60,277 nucleotides of DNA from IMG/VR virus record IMGVR_UViG_3300025128_008224, positions 1-60,277 of that record; one strand, given 5' to 3'. Origin of the DNA: a virus (taxonomy: Duplodnaviria > Caudoviricetes). This document shows, in pieces, positions 40,570 through 49,436 of this stretch. The number at the start of each line of letters is the position of its first letter. The stretch's first letter is position 1. The translations under genes and the position numbers were made by a program. The notes under the pieces are model-generated. The model had not been told where the DNA came from. It searched no databases and was given only the letters and a program-made list of their open reading frames with translations.

Positions 40570-41480
40570 GACTTCAACTCCAACAATTCTTTTACTCGAT
40601 TAATGTATGTGTGGTTTTCCAATATATTTGTTTTATTTGCTTCTTTAATAGAATCTAGATCAAAGTCCATGTACTTCGTAATCAACTCTGCCATTTCTAT
40701 TGGGTTTTCGGCCATGGGTACTTCTGGGAATTCTTCTACCAAGATGTTTGTTCTATCGCTAACAACAAAACCATTCAATCCTAAAGTCTTGTATGTTCGC
40801 TCATTATGTTCCAAGCCGAGGATTCTCTGATAATTGTCGTGAAGGTTGATAGGCAGTTTTGAATTGAATATCATCTTTGCCTCGTCCTCGATGGAGAGGG
40901 AATCCACCCCTTTGTGAATAAAGATTCCGCATTTTAAGTTCAGCTTCTTGATTTCAGAGAAGTGATCGATCATGATCTTTCTCTTTTCATTGAAGCCGTT
41001 GTTGGCCCAGCTACCAATGTAGCAAATATCAAAAGCATACTTCGAATCTTCAACTGGCTTGTAGCTAAAATGATCGAATGCCATCGACACCCTGTTAACC
41101 TTCTTCCATTTGTTCCAATAGTCTGTCCTGTCGGCATTAATAAAAGCCCACAGATAAACATTGTCCATTTGATTTATTTTCTCGATTACACCATCTGGTT
41201 GTGGCGTGAGCCAGTTTGGATGTGAACCCCATGGTTGTACAAAGTGGTTCGGCGATACAAACATATATGCACGGCGGGCCTTTGACAGAATATCCAAGTG
41301 TTCTTCTTTTTGCACCTCGATATCATAAGTCATCACATCAAACTCTGCACTGGTATCAATATCATCCAGAGTGTCGTAAAACTCCGTCTCATACCCTTCG
41401 TGCCTCCACGCCTCATCATACCCTTTATAGATCCAATACCACGCTCCGTAGATTTTAGAATTCTTAATGTATACCTTCAT
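40566..41480 (-). CDS. GT-B glycosyltransferase, CgeB/Glyco_trans_1_2-like
   Basis: Likely start MKVYIK at 41480; DICYIG, SKLPINLH, NERTYK, ILENHTYINRV. Confidence 0.75.
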   Translation of the reverse strand: MKVYIKNSKIYGAWYWIYKGYDEAWRHEGYETEFYDTLDDIDTSAEFDVMTYDIEVQKEEHLDILSKARRAYMFVSPNHFVQPWGSHPNWLTPQPDGVIEKINQMDNVYLWAFINADRTDYWNKWKKVNRVSMAFDHFSYKPVEDSKYAFDICYIGSWANNGFNEKRKIMIDHFSEIKKLNLKCGIFIHKGVDSLSIEDEAKMIFNSKLPINLHDNYQRILGLEHNERTYKTLGLNGFVVSDRTNILVEEFPEVPMAENPIEMAELITKYMDFDLDSIKEANKTNILENHTYINRVKELLELKS

Positions 41481-41481
41481 A

Positions 41482-42330
41482 TCAACTGCCTTGGAAAAAA
41501 TCAAACACCATGTTGGGGATGTCTATTCTCTTCTGTTTCATTACCTTGATGAGGTCGTCGCCCTTCTTCTCGAACCATGGCTCCTGAGAGGCTCCAACCT
41601 TGTCGTTGGTTATAACCTTCATTCCCATCATTCTGGCCTCAACAACCACTCGGGAAAGAGTTTCTGGAGTTTGTGGGAAAAAGACGAATTTATCATTTGC
41701 ACCAAGAAGCTCCAAAAACTTTAAATATGAATCCTCCTGGATTAGATCATAATCCCACTTTTTATAATCGCAGAAACGAACTGCGTCAATTGTATTCTTG
41801 TGGGGAATATTGGATTGCATAACAGAACACTTGTCCTGCTTTGACTTGTTACACATCTCCTGCAACTTTTTCAAGCTTTCGGTTGACCATAGATTGCCGC
41901 CGACACTGTGGATATTTGTTATATCTAAGTTGGCACGAGCGATATTTGCGTGAAACGTGGATTGACACAAGACTGCTTTTGCGTTCTTGTAAAAATCATA
42001 ATTTATAATACGATCTTTTGGTGCTCTATAATTTGGATATTTGGCTGGATCTCTTAAGGGGAGGTATTTATGGTCGTGCTCATAAATAATGTAATTTGCA
42101 TTATCGGCGAGTTGGGCCTTTGTCTCTTCATTCAACTGAACAAAGTTGGCTACAATGAACTTGGCATCCTTGTTTTCAAGGATCATTCTAGGTGTAACGT
42201 GTCTTGAATTGATCTTTGTGACGTCATGGCCAGCAGAATCAGCTATGCGGATAAACTCTTCGTTATTGAGTTCTCCTCCCCCCAGTATACCGTCTTCTAC
42301 AAATAGGTCTGCTATAAATATGATTTTCAT
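41482..42330 (-). CDS. GT-B (GT4-like) glycosyltransferase
   Basis: GGGE N-terminal loop; ETLSRVVVEARMMG (E-x7-E). Confidence 0.75.
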   Translation of the reverse strand: MKIIFIADLFVEDGILGGGELNNEEFIRIADSAGHDVTKINSRHVTPRMILENKDAKFIVANFVQLNEETKAQLADNANYIIYEHDHKYLPLRDPAKYPNYRAPKDRIINYDFYKNAKAVLCQSTFHANIARANLDITNIHSVGGNLWSTESLKKLQEMCNKSKQDKCSVMQSNIPHKNTIDAVRFCDYKKWDYDLIQEDSYLKFLELLGANDKFVFFPQTPETLSRVVVEARMMGMKVITNDKVGASQEPWFEKKGDDLIKVMKQKRIDIPNMVFDFFQGS

Positions 42331-43613
42331 TATGCATGAACTTGCGGATCCAAGTTTGATAGCCAGTCTTCTATCTCTTGCTCCTCTTCCTTGTATACGG
42401 CGTCTGCGAATTTAGCATACATATCTTCTTCTTTAAAGTTATTCAAGATATACTTTTTAAGCGACACAGCGGTTTCCAAGTACTGATCATGATTTTTATA
42501 GACATCACGCAGGCGCATTTTGTAACTTCCCTGGTCTGGGTAAGCCCACATGGACTCTTGCATCAAAACGCCATCCCAGACTGCTTCCGGCTGAATAGGT
42601 TGGAGGGTGAATTCCACCTTTGCGAAATGAGCCTTCATAACAGTGGTTGTCTTTTTACCCTTGCCCTTCTTTCTCTCCTTGACGGGAGCAAACAAGAAGT
42701 CGCACTGGCCGCTCCAGCCGGCCGTGATCACTGGGAGACCGTTGTATGCCGCTTCGAACATTGGTAGTCCGTAGCCCTCGCCGTGGGACAGCGAAACTAG
42801 AGCCTTGATACGCTTGTCTCTGTAAAGTGATGTCATCTCACCATCTGACATGTCTCCATGGACAAGATAGATCTTGCACTTTCTCTGAGGATAATCCTTT
42901 AACAAATTACCCAACCTTCTCTCTGTGTGCATCCTATCAATGATGGCGTCGCATGCGATGGAAGTCTTCACAATTAACCCGACCTCAACGTCAATGAATT
43001 CTTCGACAAACCAGCGGATTGTATTCTCCAGGTTCTTCCTGGGGCCCCACTGCATTACTGTCAAAAAGTTGAAATCAGTAGAGAGATCCAACTCGATCTT
43101 CTCTGGCTTTGGGTTTCGTACTGGATAATTTACAACCTCAATTGGCGTGGTGCACCGGAAGTTGTCAATCATTTTGCCGGTTTTGTTGTCTTGCGCTTGA
43201 TAAACGGTTTCCTCAAAGATGTTCTTTGCATGGTTCGACACAACTACAATCTGATTCATTAATTTTGACTTCTCAATCCAAGCAGGGGCTACCGCAGTTG
43301 TTTCGATTCCTGCTGTGTATCCGATATTTATCGGAGCCATCGGCTCCCATTCGTTAGGAATAGTAACCTGCAATGAAATATCATATTGGCCGCCGGCTTG
43401 CTGATGTTCAACGGTCTTTGTCACCAATTCATCAATCCAGCGGCGCTCCTCTGTGTCTTCATGGATCCAACTAGATTGACCCCAACCAACCGGGTGGATG
43501 TAAATATCAAACCTATCTTCGTGTGCTCTCAGTGAGCGTAGCGCAAAGCGAGCTTGCTCACCATAACCGGACCTTGAAAGAAGCGGTCCACGAACTAATA
43601 TTCTCTTCTTCAT
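42330..43613 (-). CDS. GT4-family glycosyltransferase
   Basis: Likely start MKKRIL at 43613 (ATGA overlap); SRSGYG, RKN, SHGEGYGLPMFEAA. Confidence 0.88.
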   Translation of the reverse strand: MKKRILVRGPLLSRSGYGEQARFALRSLRAHEDRFDIYIHPVGWGQSSWIHEDTEERRWIDELVTKTVEHQQAGGQYDISLQVTIPNEWEPMAPINIGYTAGIETTAVAPAWIEKSKLMNQIVVVSNHAKNIFEETVYQAQDNKTGKMIDNFRCTTPIEVVNYPVRNPKPEKIELDLSTDFNFLTVMQWGPRKNLENTIRWFVEEFIDVEVGLIVKTSIACDAIIDRMHTERRLGNLLKDYPQRKCKIYLVHGDMSDGEMTSLYRDKRIKALVSLSHGEGYGLPMFEAAYNGLPVITAGWSGQCDFLFAPVKERKKGKGKKTTTVMKAHFAKVEFTLQPIQPEAVWDGVLMQESMWAYPDQGSYKMRLRDVYKNHDQYLETAVSLKKYILNNFKEEDMYAKFADAVYKEEEQEIEDWLSNLDPQVHA

Positions 43614-44890
43614 TTTATCTCCGTCAGGGCCCAAGACTTGTAGTTCTTTCTTGTATCCCAGGAACCTTGGTTTTCAATAATATCGGTAAAAATCCTATCC
43701 CACGAATCAACAAACTTGTCCATGGAGTAATTGTTCAGAACATGTTGTCTGCCAAGTTTGCCCATATTCTGTCTCTCTTCCTTCGGAAGGTGGTAAAACT
43801 TTTCCATTGTATCGAGAAATTGTTCCTTTCCAACCCTATCTTCATAAATCCAGGGGATTTCCTGGGAACCAATAATAGCTTTTGAATCCGGATCCAGACC
43901 AAAGCCAAACCAATTCTCACCGTCGGTCACTTGTTCTTGAAGTCCGCCGGTCATATTAACGATAATTGGAGTCTCGCAAGATAGCGATTCGAACGTGGCC
44001 AATCCGAAACCCTCTGCATCAGAAATGTTGATTGTGCAATCCACCATATTGTAGAGCATCGCAATGCTTTCTGGGGGGAGCTTATCCTTGGAAATAACAA
44101 CTTCTCTGTTATCCAAACCCAAGTGGTTGATAACTTGATATAAGTCCTGCCCATGTACATCGTGGGGATCTGTGTGCATAACAAGTGTTGCTTTGTCCCT
44201 ACCAATACGATTTAAGAACTCGTCAAACCAGAAAATCAAAGTACCGCTTTGCTTTCTTCTTGCGTTTCTGTTGTTCCAGAAGAAGATCATCTTTTCATTT
44301 CCATCATTGTCGACTTCAGGGAAGTGATCCTTCTTGAATTTCTCTACGACAGGGTTATCATAGCGTGTGAACATCTCTGTATTGACAGCGTGAGGCAAGT
44401 ATTCCGATTGTACATCGGGGACAACCTCTTTGATAATCCTGTCTGTTACTTTCGAAATACAGGCAATGAAATCATTTGACTGGTACCACGGACGGTTGAA
44501 CGTCGGGGCGGGAAAGTTATCCCAAACATGGTAGTAGACCATTGGAACTAGAGGTCGGATTTCATTTTCCATCTGCCACAACCAGGCCCAGAAGCGGGGG
44601 TCTGTCATAAACCAAAGAATGTCGGGCTTTTCTGTTCGAAGAAGAGAGCGAATCATATCTGGATTACCGTATCCATCAACTGGGTGCATAACCCAATCCT
44701 CTCCCCACTCCTCAGTCTTCACAGGGTTGTAGTCTTGATGTTTGATTGCTCCGCAGAGACAGATGAAGCTGTATTTGCCAGTCTTCAGCATCCCCTCAAT
44801 CATGTATCGTGTTTGAATCCCTACACCAGAAGGGTGTAAGGGGTGATCGCTCAAAACGAGGATCTTAGTCTTTTTATCTTTATCTACCAC
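43610..44890 (-). CDS. GT4-family glycosyltransferase
   Basis: SDHPLHPSGVG, NRNARRKQ, SDAEGFGLATFESLSC. Confidence 0.88.
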   Translation of the reverse strand: MVDKDKKTKILVLSDHPLHPSGVGIQTRYMIEGMLKTGKYSFICLCGAIKHQDYNPVKTEEWGEDWVMHPVDGYGNPDMIRSLLRTEKPDILWFMTDPRFWAWLWQMENEIRPLVPMVYYHVWDNFPAPTFNRPWYQSNDFIACISKVTDRIIKEVVPDVQSEYLPHAVNTEMFTRYDNPVVEKFKKDHFPEVDNDGNEKMIFFWNNRNARRKQSGTLIFWFDEFLNRIGRDKATLVMHTDPHDVHGQDLYQVINHLGLDNREVVISKDKLPPESIAMLYNMVDCTINISDAEGFGLATFESLSCETPIIVNMTGGLQEQVTDGENWFGFGLDPDSKAIIGSQEIPWIYEDRVGKEQFLDTMEKFYHLPKEERQNMGKLGRQHVLNNYSMDKFVDSWDRIFTDIIENQGSWDTRKNYKSWALTEIK

Positions 44891-45696
44891 GTTTTACCTC
44901 TCGGGCATTCATCTGTTTGATAAAATTCGCATCGTTGACAAGAAGTTTTCTTCTTCAAGTAGTTCTGTTTATCAATATTATACAACCCTGTCTTCAATAA
45001 GTTAACCGCATTCTGCATTTTTCTGCTGCCGTTTCTAACTTTAACCATTTCAATCTTATTTTTCTTCGCTGTTCTTTTTAACAATGCGAAATAAGTTTCA
45101 ATCTTATCGGGTTTGATGTTGTGTTTTATTGCAAAATAATGCTTATACAGCGTTAATTGATAAGTAGTCATTGTATCGGCCTTTCTTCTGGCATCCCAAC
45201 CCCAAGAACATGACTTCCAATCAATGATGTGATACTTGCCGTCTTTGGTCTTGAGAACTAGATCAATATAACCTTTAAAATTATACTCGCCCTTTGTATA
45301 TTCTTTGATTGGGACATAGAGCATTTCTTCTGCTGATATAAAATCATACTCCTTGAAGTACTTTGACAGTTTTGAATAAACAAGAGAAGCTAACTCCTTG
45401 CCTTGCTCCTTCATATCTTCAACCATCTTCTTGTTGACCTTGATATCTTTTAGATCTGCGACCTCATCTTCAAAGTAGATCTCAAAAAGTTTCTTTTCAT
45501 CAACATTATGATTATTGTTCTTTTTCTTTTCTACCAGAAGCTTCTCACATGTGTTGTGGATTGCAGTGCCGAAAGCAGTATATTCATTTCCGCGGAAATG
45601 TTTCATACCGTCAACATACATTAGCTTGTGTGAGAATGGGCATTTTTCCCACTCCTTCAACTCAGAAAATGAGATGTGTTTTTTTTCTTCTGTCAT
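44884..45696 (-). CDS. PD-(D/E)XK nuclease, RecB/Cas4-like with Fe-S cysteines
   Basis: ISFSEL..WEKCP, FGTAIH, KGYIDLV, IIDWKS, YQLTLY, C-terminal CQRCEFYQTDECP. Confidence 0.9.
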   Translation of the reverse strand: MTEEKKHISFSELKEWEKCPFSHKLMYVDGMKHFRGNEYTAFGTAIHNTCEKLLVEKKKNNNHNVDEKKLFEIYFEDEVADLKDIKVNKKMVEDMKEQGKELASLVYSKLSKYFKEYDFISAEEMLYVPIKEYTKGEYNFKGYIDLVLKTKDGKYHIIDWKSCSWGWDARRKADTMTTYQLTLYKHYFAIKHNIKPDKIETYFALLKRTAKKNKIEMVKVRNGSRKMQNAVNLLKTGLYNIDKQNYLKKKTSCQRCEFYQTDECPRGKTW

Positions 45697-45705
45697 GGTA
45701 ATGCT

Positions 45706-46458
45706 CTATTCGCGACCTTGGTTTTTGTAAGTTATTTCTTCTAATTTATTATAAAGCATTGGGCTGATATTTTTGAGGTAATTTTTGTCCCCCAAGAAAT
45801 ATTCTTCAAATCCGTTTGCGTAGTATTCTCTTAAACTTGTCGCGCCATATGGAGAAACAAAAAGCCCCATTGTCAAAGTTGTTAAAACTGGATACCCTAC
45901 TGTTTCATATAGGAACTCATCGATATCAGCGGAGTATTCTGGGGATTCTGTTGGATGTGAAAATTCCTCTGGGACATTATATCCATTGCCCGATAAAATT
46001 GAATGTAGCCTTGTTCTCTTTCCAACAAACTCTTCTTCTATAGAACCATCAACGTAAATGTCCATTCCGTAAGTTTGTTCAGCGACATGTGCGACTTCGT
46101 GTACGAGATCGTCGATCATGTCTTCTTCGTTGAATTGATCGTTTGTAACATAAATGGCGCCGTCTTGATAAAAAGCATTGGTATCTGTTTCTTCAAAGAA
46201 ATCAAACTGACCAACCATAACTGAATCGAGGCCATGGGCAAACTTGGCCGGCACTGTCGACTCAATGGCGCTGATAACGTTTATTATATTAACGGAATCC
46301 GGCAAAGGATCTTTGATATAAACCAATATATTGCCAAACAAGTGATGTTCTTTGCTTTGTTGTTTCACTGTCCCATCAGAGCTTTTAACGTACTCAGATA
46401 TATTAGATGTCGTTTCCGTCTTCTTCAACGTCAGAATCCTCTGTTGCTTCCTCTTCAT
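45706..46458 (-). CDS. HEXXH zincin-like putative metallopeptidase
   Basis: LVHEVAHV and downstream YGATSLREYYANGFE (possible third ligand). Start codon uncertain. Confidence 0.6.
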   Translation of the reverse strand: MKRKQQRILTLKKTETTSNISEYVKSSDGTVKQQSKEHHLFGNILVYIKDPLPDSVNIINVISAIESTVPAKFAHGLDSVMVGQFDFFEETDTNAFYQDGAIYVTNDQFNEEDMIDDLVHEVAHVAEQTYGMDIYVDGSIEEEFVGKRTRLHSILSGNGYNVPEEFSHPTESPEYSADIDEFLYETVGYPVLTTLTMGLFVSPYGATSLREYYANGFEEYFLGDKNYLKNISPMLYNKLEEITYKNQGRE

Positions 46459-46735
46459 CTTCGATTTCGCTGTCAGTTTCTAGCTCGTTGGAAATCTTCT
46501 GCCCCTCATCAACATCGGCGAGAGCCTGGTGGTAACCTCTGATCCAATTTTCTTCAGCCACAACCATCAAGAAGTCTGGAAACTCGTTGGCGACGACATC
46601 AACAATCATTTCGACTGTGATCTTTTCGTCCTCTGGTTGTTTCTTTTCCCCAACATAGTTTACAAGCCATTCCTTCAACTCGGAATCCGGGTCGACTTCC
46701 TTTTCAAGTAGTGGGTTTGTTGTTTCAATTGTCAT
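46403..46735 (-). CDS. Acidic hypothetical protein (110 aa)
   Basis: AAGGAG RBS upstream; D/E-rich C-terminus. Confidence 0.7.
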   Translation of the reverse strand: MTIETTNPLLEKEVDPDSELKEWLVNYVGEKKQPEDEKITVEMIVDVVANEFPDFLMVVAEENWIRGYHQALADVDEGQKISNELETDSEIEDEEEATEDSDVEEDGNDI

Positions 46736-46755
46736 GATATATCTCCTTTATCATT

Positions 46756-46832
46756 TGGTTGGCAGTACGGGAGTTGAACCCGCCTCCAGGATGCTTATAA
46801 GACACCCTATGACTACCGGCCATCCACTGCCA
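46756..46832 (-). tRNA. tRNA-Ile (anticodon TAT), atypical D-arm
   Basis: Minus strand TGGCAGT/ACTGCCA acceptor plus A-CCA; anticodon loop CT-TAT-AA; T-arm GCGGG-TTCAACT-CCCGT. G at positions 8-9 and a short D-loop. Confidence 0.8.
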
Positions 46833-46838
46833 GTCTTT

Positions 46839-46867
46839 AATATACTAGAAGTGCTTCCGATTGTCAA
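46839..46867 (-). promoter_or_regulatory. Sigma70-type promoter for tRNA-Ile and downstream genes
   Basis: TTGACA (46862-46867), 17-bp spacer, TATATT (46839-46844). The predicted start falls at about the tRNA 5' end. Confidence 0.8.
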
Positions 46868-46875
46868 CTCTTTTT

Positions 46876-48198
46876 TTATAATATTTTGGCTGCCAGGGTG
46901 GCCACTTTGCTTCGTTCGCCTTTTTGCAATGTAATGTGTCCCGCGAGGCCATATTCTTTAAATTTCTCTACTGCGTATGTAAGGCCGTTGGTTGTTTCAT
47001 CAATGTAGACATTATCAATTTGTTCCACATCTCCGGTTAAAACAATCTTTGTTCCTTCACCTACTCTAGTAATGATAGTCTTTAATTCGTGACTTGTTAA
47101 GTTTTGTGCTTCATCGATGATAATAAAAGCGTTGGAAATTGATCTACCTCTAATATATGTTAACGCCTCAATTTCAATTGTACCATCTTCTACGTACATG
47201 TCAAGCGTTGTTTTGTCGTTACCCATCAAAAACTTCAGGTTATCTTCCATTGGAGCCAACCATGGTGTCATCTTTTCTTCCATGGTTCCCGGGAGGAAGC
47301 CAATATCTTTACCCATTGGTTGAATTGGTCTAGATACCAACAATTGCTTATATTTATTATCGTGTGCGCCTTCTCCCAGAACTTGTTCTAAGCCGGCTGC
47401 GAGAGCCATTAGAGTTTTTCCTGATCCAGCTTTGCCAACCAATGTAACAATTGGTATATCTTGATTCATCAATAGGCTAAGTGCAAACGTTTGTTCTTTG
47501 TTTCTAGGGCGAACTCCCCATATTCCGTTCTTATATTCGCCTATCCTTTGAAGCGGGGTGTTATAAGCAACGAACCGGCTCAAAGCGGTCTTCTTTTCAT
47601 TTGAATTAGATACAAGCATCACAAATTGATTTGGTTGTACTTTGACCTCATCCGGGTCGAGAAACACATCGTTTTTCTCATAAAACCTATCTATCACCTC
47701 GTCATCTATCAAATGAGTTATAAATCCTGTGTAGATCGACTGAGAATCGTCTACTATTTGGCCGGCTATATAGTCCTCAGAAAGCAAGCCGAGGGAATCA
47801 CATATTACGCGCATGTTGATGTCGCGGGAGACCACTATAACTTTTCTTTTGGGATTGGCTTCTTTTTCTGCTAGCGCAGTGCCTATGATTTGATTATCTG
47901 GTGTTGTTGCGTCTAGAGACTTGGGCAGTAAAGAACTGTCAAATGGTTTAACAGATAATATCCCCTTTCCTCTGCCTATTCGCACACCCTTGCTCAAACT
48001 TCCTTTGGCTCTGAGCAGATCAAGATAGCGGATAACATTTCTAGCGTTTAGACCTACGCCATCCTGTCTTTTTTTGTGATTGTCTATTTCTTCGAGTACT
48101 TTTAGCGGTAACACTATATCGTTGTTTTTGAATGATTTTATAGATGTGGCATCCGTTAGGCAGACGCTGGTATCTACAACATAGATTTTTTTAGTCAT
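46876..48198 (-). CDS. phoH: PIN-PhoH (PhoH2/YlaK-like) ATPase
   Basis: N-terminal PIN domain (YVVDTSV, VLEEID, PDNQI, SRDINMR); Walker A GKAGSGKT; GFLPG; YIRGRS; IIDEAQN; GDVEQID. Confidence 0.93.
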   Translation of the reverse strand: MTKKIYVVDTSVCLTDATSIKSFKNNDIVLPLKVLEEIDNHKKRQDGVGLNARNVIRYLDLLRAKGSLSKGVRIGRGKGILSVKPFDSSLLPKSLDATTPDNQIIGTALAEKEANPKRKVIVVSRDINMRVICDSLGLLSEDYIAGQIVDDSQSIYTGFITHLIDDEVIDRFYEKNDVFLDPDEVKVQPNQFVMLVSNSNEKKTALSRFVAYNTPLQRIGEYKNGIWGVRPRNKEQTFALSLLMNQDIPIVTLVGKAGSGKTLMALAAGLEQVLGEGAHDNKYKQLLVSRPIQPMGKDIGFLPGTMEEKMTPWLAPMEDNLKFLMGNDKTTLDMYVEDGTIEIEALTYIRGRSISNAFIIIDEAQNLTSHELKTIITRVGEGTKIVLTGDVEQIDNVYIDETTNGLTYAVEKFKEYGLAGHITLQKGERSKVATLAAKIL

Positions 48199-48217
48199 TC
48201 TCTATCCGATAATGTAA

Positions 48218-48517
48218 TTATGGTTTTTCTTCTTTTTTGTCAGAGCTATTCTCTTTCTTCGTGCTGTTATCGCCCCTCTCAATGACCTCAACTTCACCTG
48301 TCGGGATCCAATAGTAGCACGGCGCCGATGAGGTTTCGTGGTTGCGGAAGAAAGGGATTTCTTTTTCTGCATCGGGTGATGTTAAATATTGAGACTCTGG
48401 AGTTTGTTGTACACTTGTTGTTTCTACATCAATGACTTCGTGATTTAGCCCTGAAGTTACGCTAGCACAGCTCATGGATAGCAACAAAACAAATGTTAAC
48501 ATGGCAAAATATTTCAT
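48218..48517 (-). CDS. Hypothetical lipoprotein-like protein
   Basis: MK, hydrophobic stretch, then SMSC lipobox-like motif; AAGGA RBS. Confidence 0.6.
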   Translation of the reverse strand: MKYFAMLTFVLLLSMSCASVTSGLNHEVIDVETTSVQQTPESQYLTSPDAEKEIPFFRNHETSSAPCYYWIPTGEVEVIERGDNSTKKENSSDKKEEKP

Positions 48518-48573
48518 TTTTTTTCCTTAAATAAGACTTGGGTTAAATGTCCTTTCGGTTCGAATTTCTTACT

Positions 48574-48615
48574 TATAAATAGAGTTTCTTTTTGAAACTG
48601 ACCTAGTTATTTATA
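48574..48615. promoter_or_regulatory. Back-to-back TATTTATA motifs between divergent genes
   Basis: Minus-strand CTATTTATA (48574-48582) faces 48517 and plus-strand TATTTATA (48608-48615) faces 48643. Short inverted repeat GTTTC/GAAAC lies between them. Confidence 0.5.
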
Positions 48616-48642
48616 GATAATCAATATATATGAGGGCTTTAA

Positions 48643-49434
48643 GTGTTTAAAAAGTTATTTTTTGTTGCCTTTTTGTTGGTTTTTGCAGTATTAACCAACT
48701 CATGTGCAACGTCGCATAGAAACAGTCAACAAAAAATACTGCCTAGAGAATCCTTTGTAAAAATCCACAAACTATTAACAGTGTATATTTGTTCAGAAGA
48801 GGACAAAACATGCCAGAAAGGATCATTTGTTTCTTCGGCGTCCGGTGCTGTGACAACCAATGGAGTCGATGGATCCTACGTTTTGACCGCAGAACATGTT
48901 TGTGATGAATCTTACTTGAAACAATTCGCCGAAGAGGTCAATGCAACAAAATATGAATTAGAGTTCAAAGTCATTGATATTGATGGTAATAGATATGATA
49001 TAGAAATTGTGGCAGAAGATGCCGGTAGCGATATATGTCTGCTTTGGGTTCAAGACCTACACAAAAAATCAATACAGTTTTCCCCAAAAGAGCCAACGCC
49101 GGGGGATCGTCTCTATAATGTTGCAGCACCTCTTGGCATTTTTGCACCAAATATGATTCCTATACAAGAAGGTTTTTACAACGGCTATCATAAAGATATG
49201 GCGTTTTATTCAATTCCTGCTGCTGGGGGTAGTTCCGGGAGTCCGGTTCTCAACCACAAGGGAGAACTAGTGGGGATGATTCACTCAACGTACACAAGAT
49301 TCCACCATGTGTCTCTTGGCCCTACTTATGATAATCTTAAGAAATTTCTACAAAAAGAGACCAAGAGACACTCTGCGCAACATGCGATTGATGTTTACAT
49401 CAGAGTCTTGGTGGGAATGCGGGATAGCAAGTAA
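48643..49434 (+). CDS. Trypsin-like (S1) serine protease, lipoprotein-type signal peptide
   Basis: Catalytic triad LTAEHVC / DICLL / GGSSGSP; signal ...AVLTNSC; GAGG RBS. The only convincing plus-strand gene in the window. Confidence 0.9.
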   Translation: MFKKLFFVAFLLVFAVLTNSCATSHRNSQQKILPRESFVKIHKLLTVYICSEEDKTCQKGSFVSSASGAVTTNGVDGSYVLTAEHVCDESYLKQFAEEVNATKYELEFKVIDIDGNRYDIEIVAEDAGSDICLLWVQDLHKKSIQFSPKEPTPGDRLYNVAAPLGIFAPNMIPIQEGFYNGYHKDMAFYSIPAAGGSSGSPVLNHKGELVGMIHSTYTRFHHVSLGPTYDNLKKFLQKETKRHSAQHAIDVYIRVLVGMRDSK

Positions 49435-49436
49435 TC

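Noticed and set aside
25742-44890. Bacterial chromosomal O-antigen or capsule locus
   Set aside because: No wzx/wzy/wzm/wzt-like or initiating transferase gene is recognisable, and both flanks are phage-type genes with overlapping junctions.
39835-45696. DNA hypermodification role for the glycosyltransferases
   Set aside because: No base hydroxymethylase or similar enzyme is seen in the window, and the Maf/NeuAB content fits protein glycosylation better. Not excluded, only unsupported here.
44884-45696. CRISPR-Cas system suggested by the Cas4-like nuclease
   Set aside because: No repeat-spacer array or other cas genes were seen. Solo Cas4/RecB-like nucleases are common in phages.
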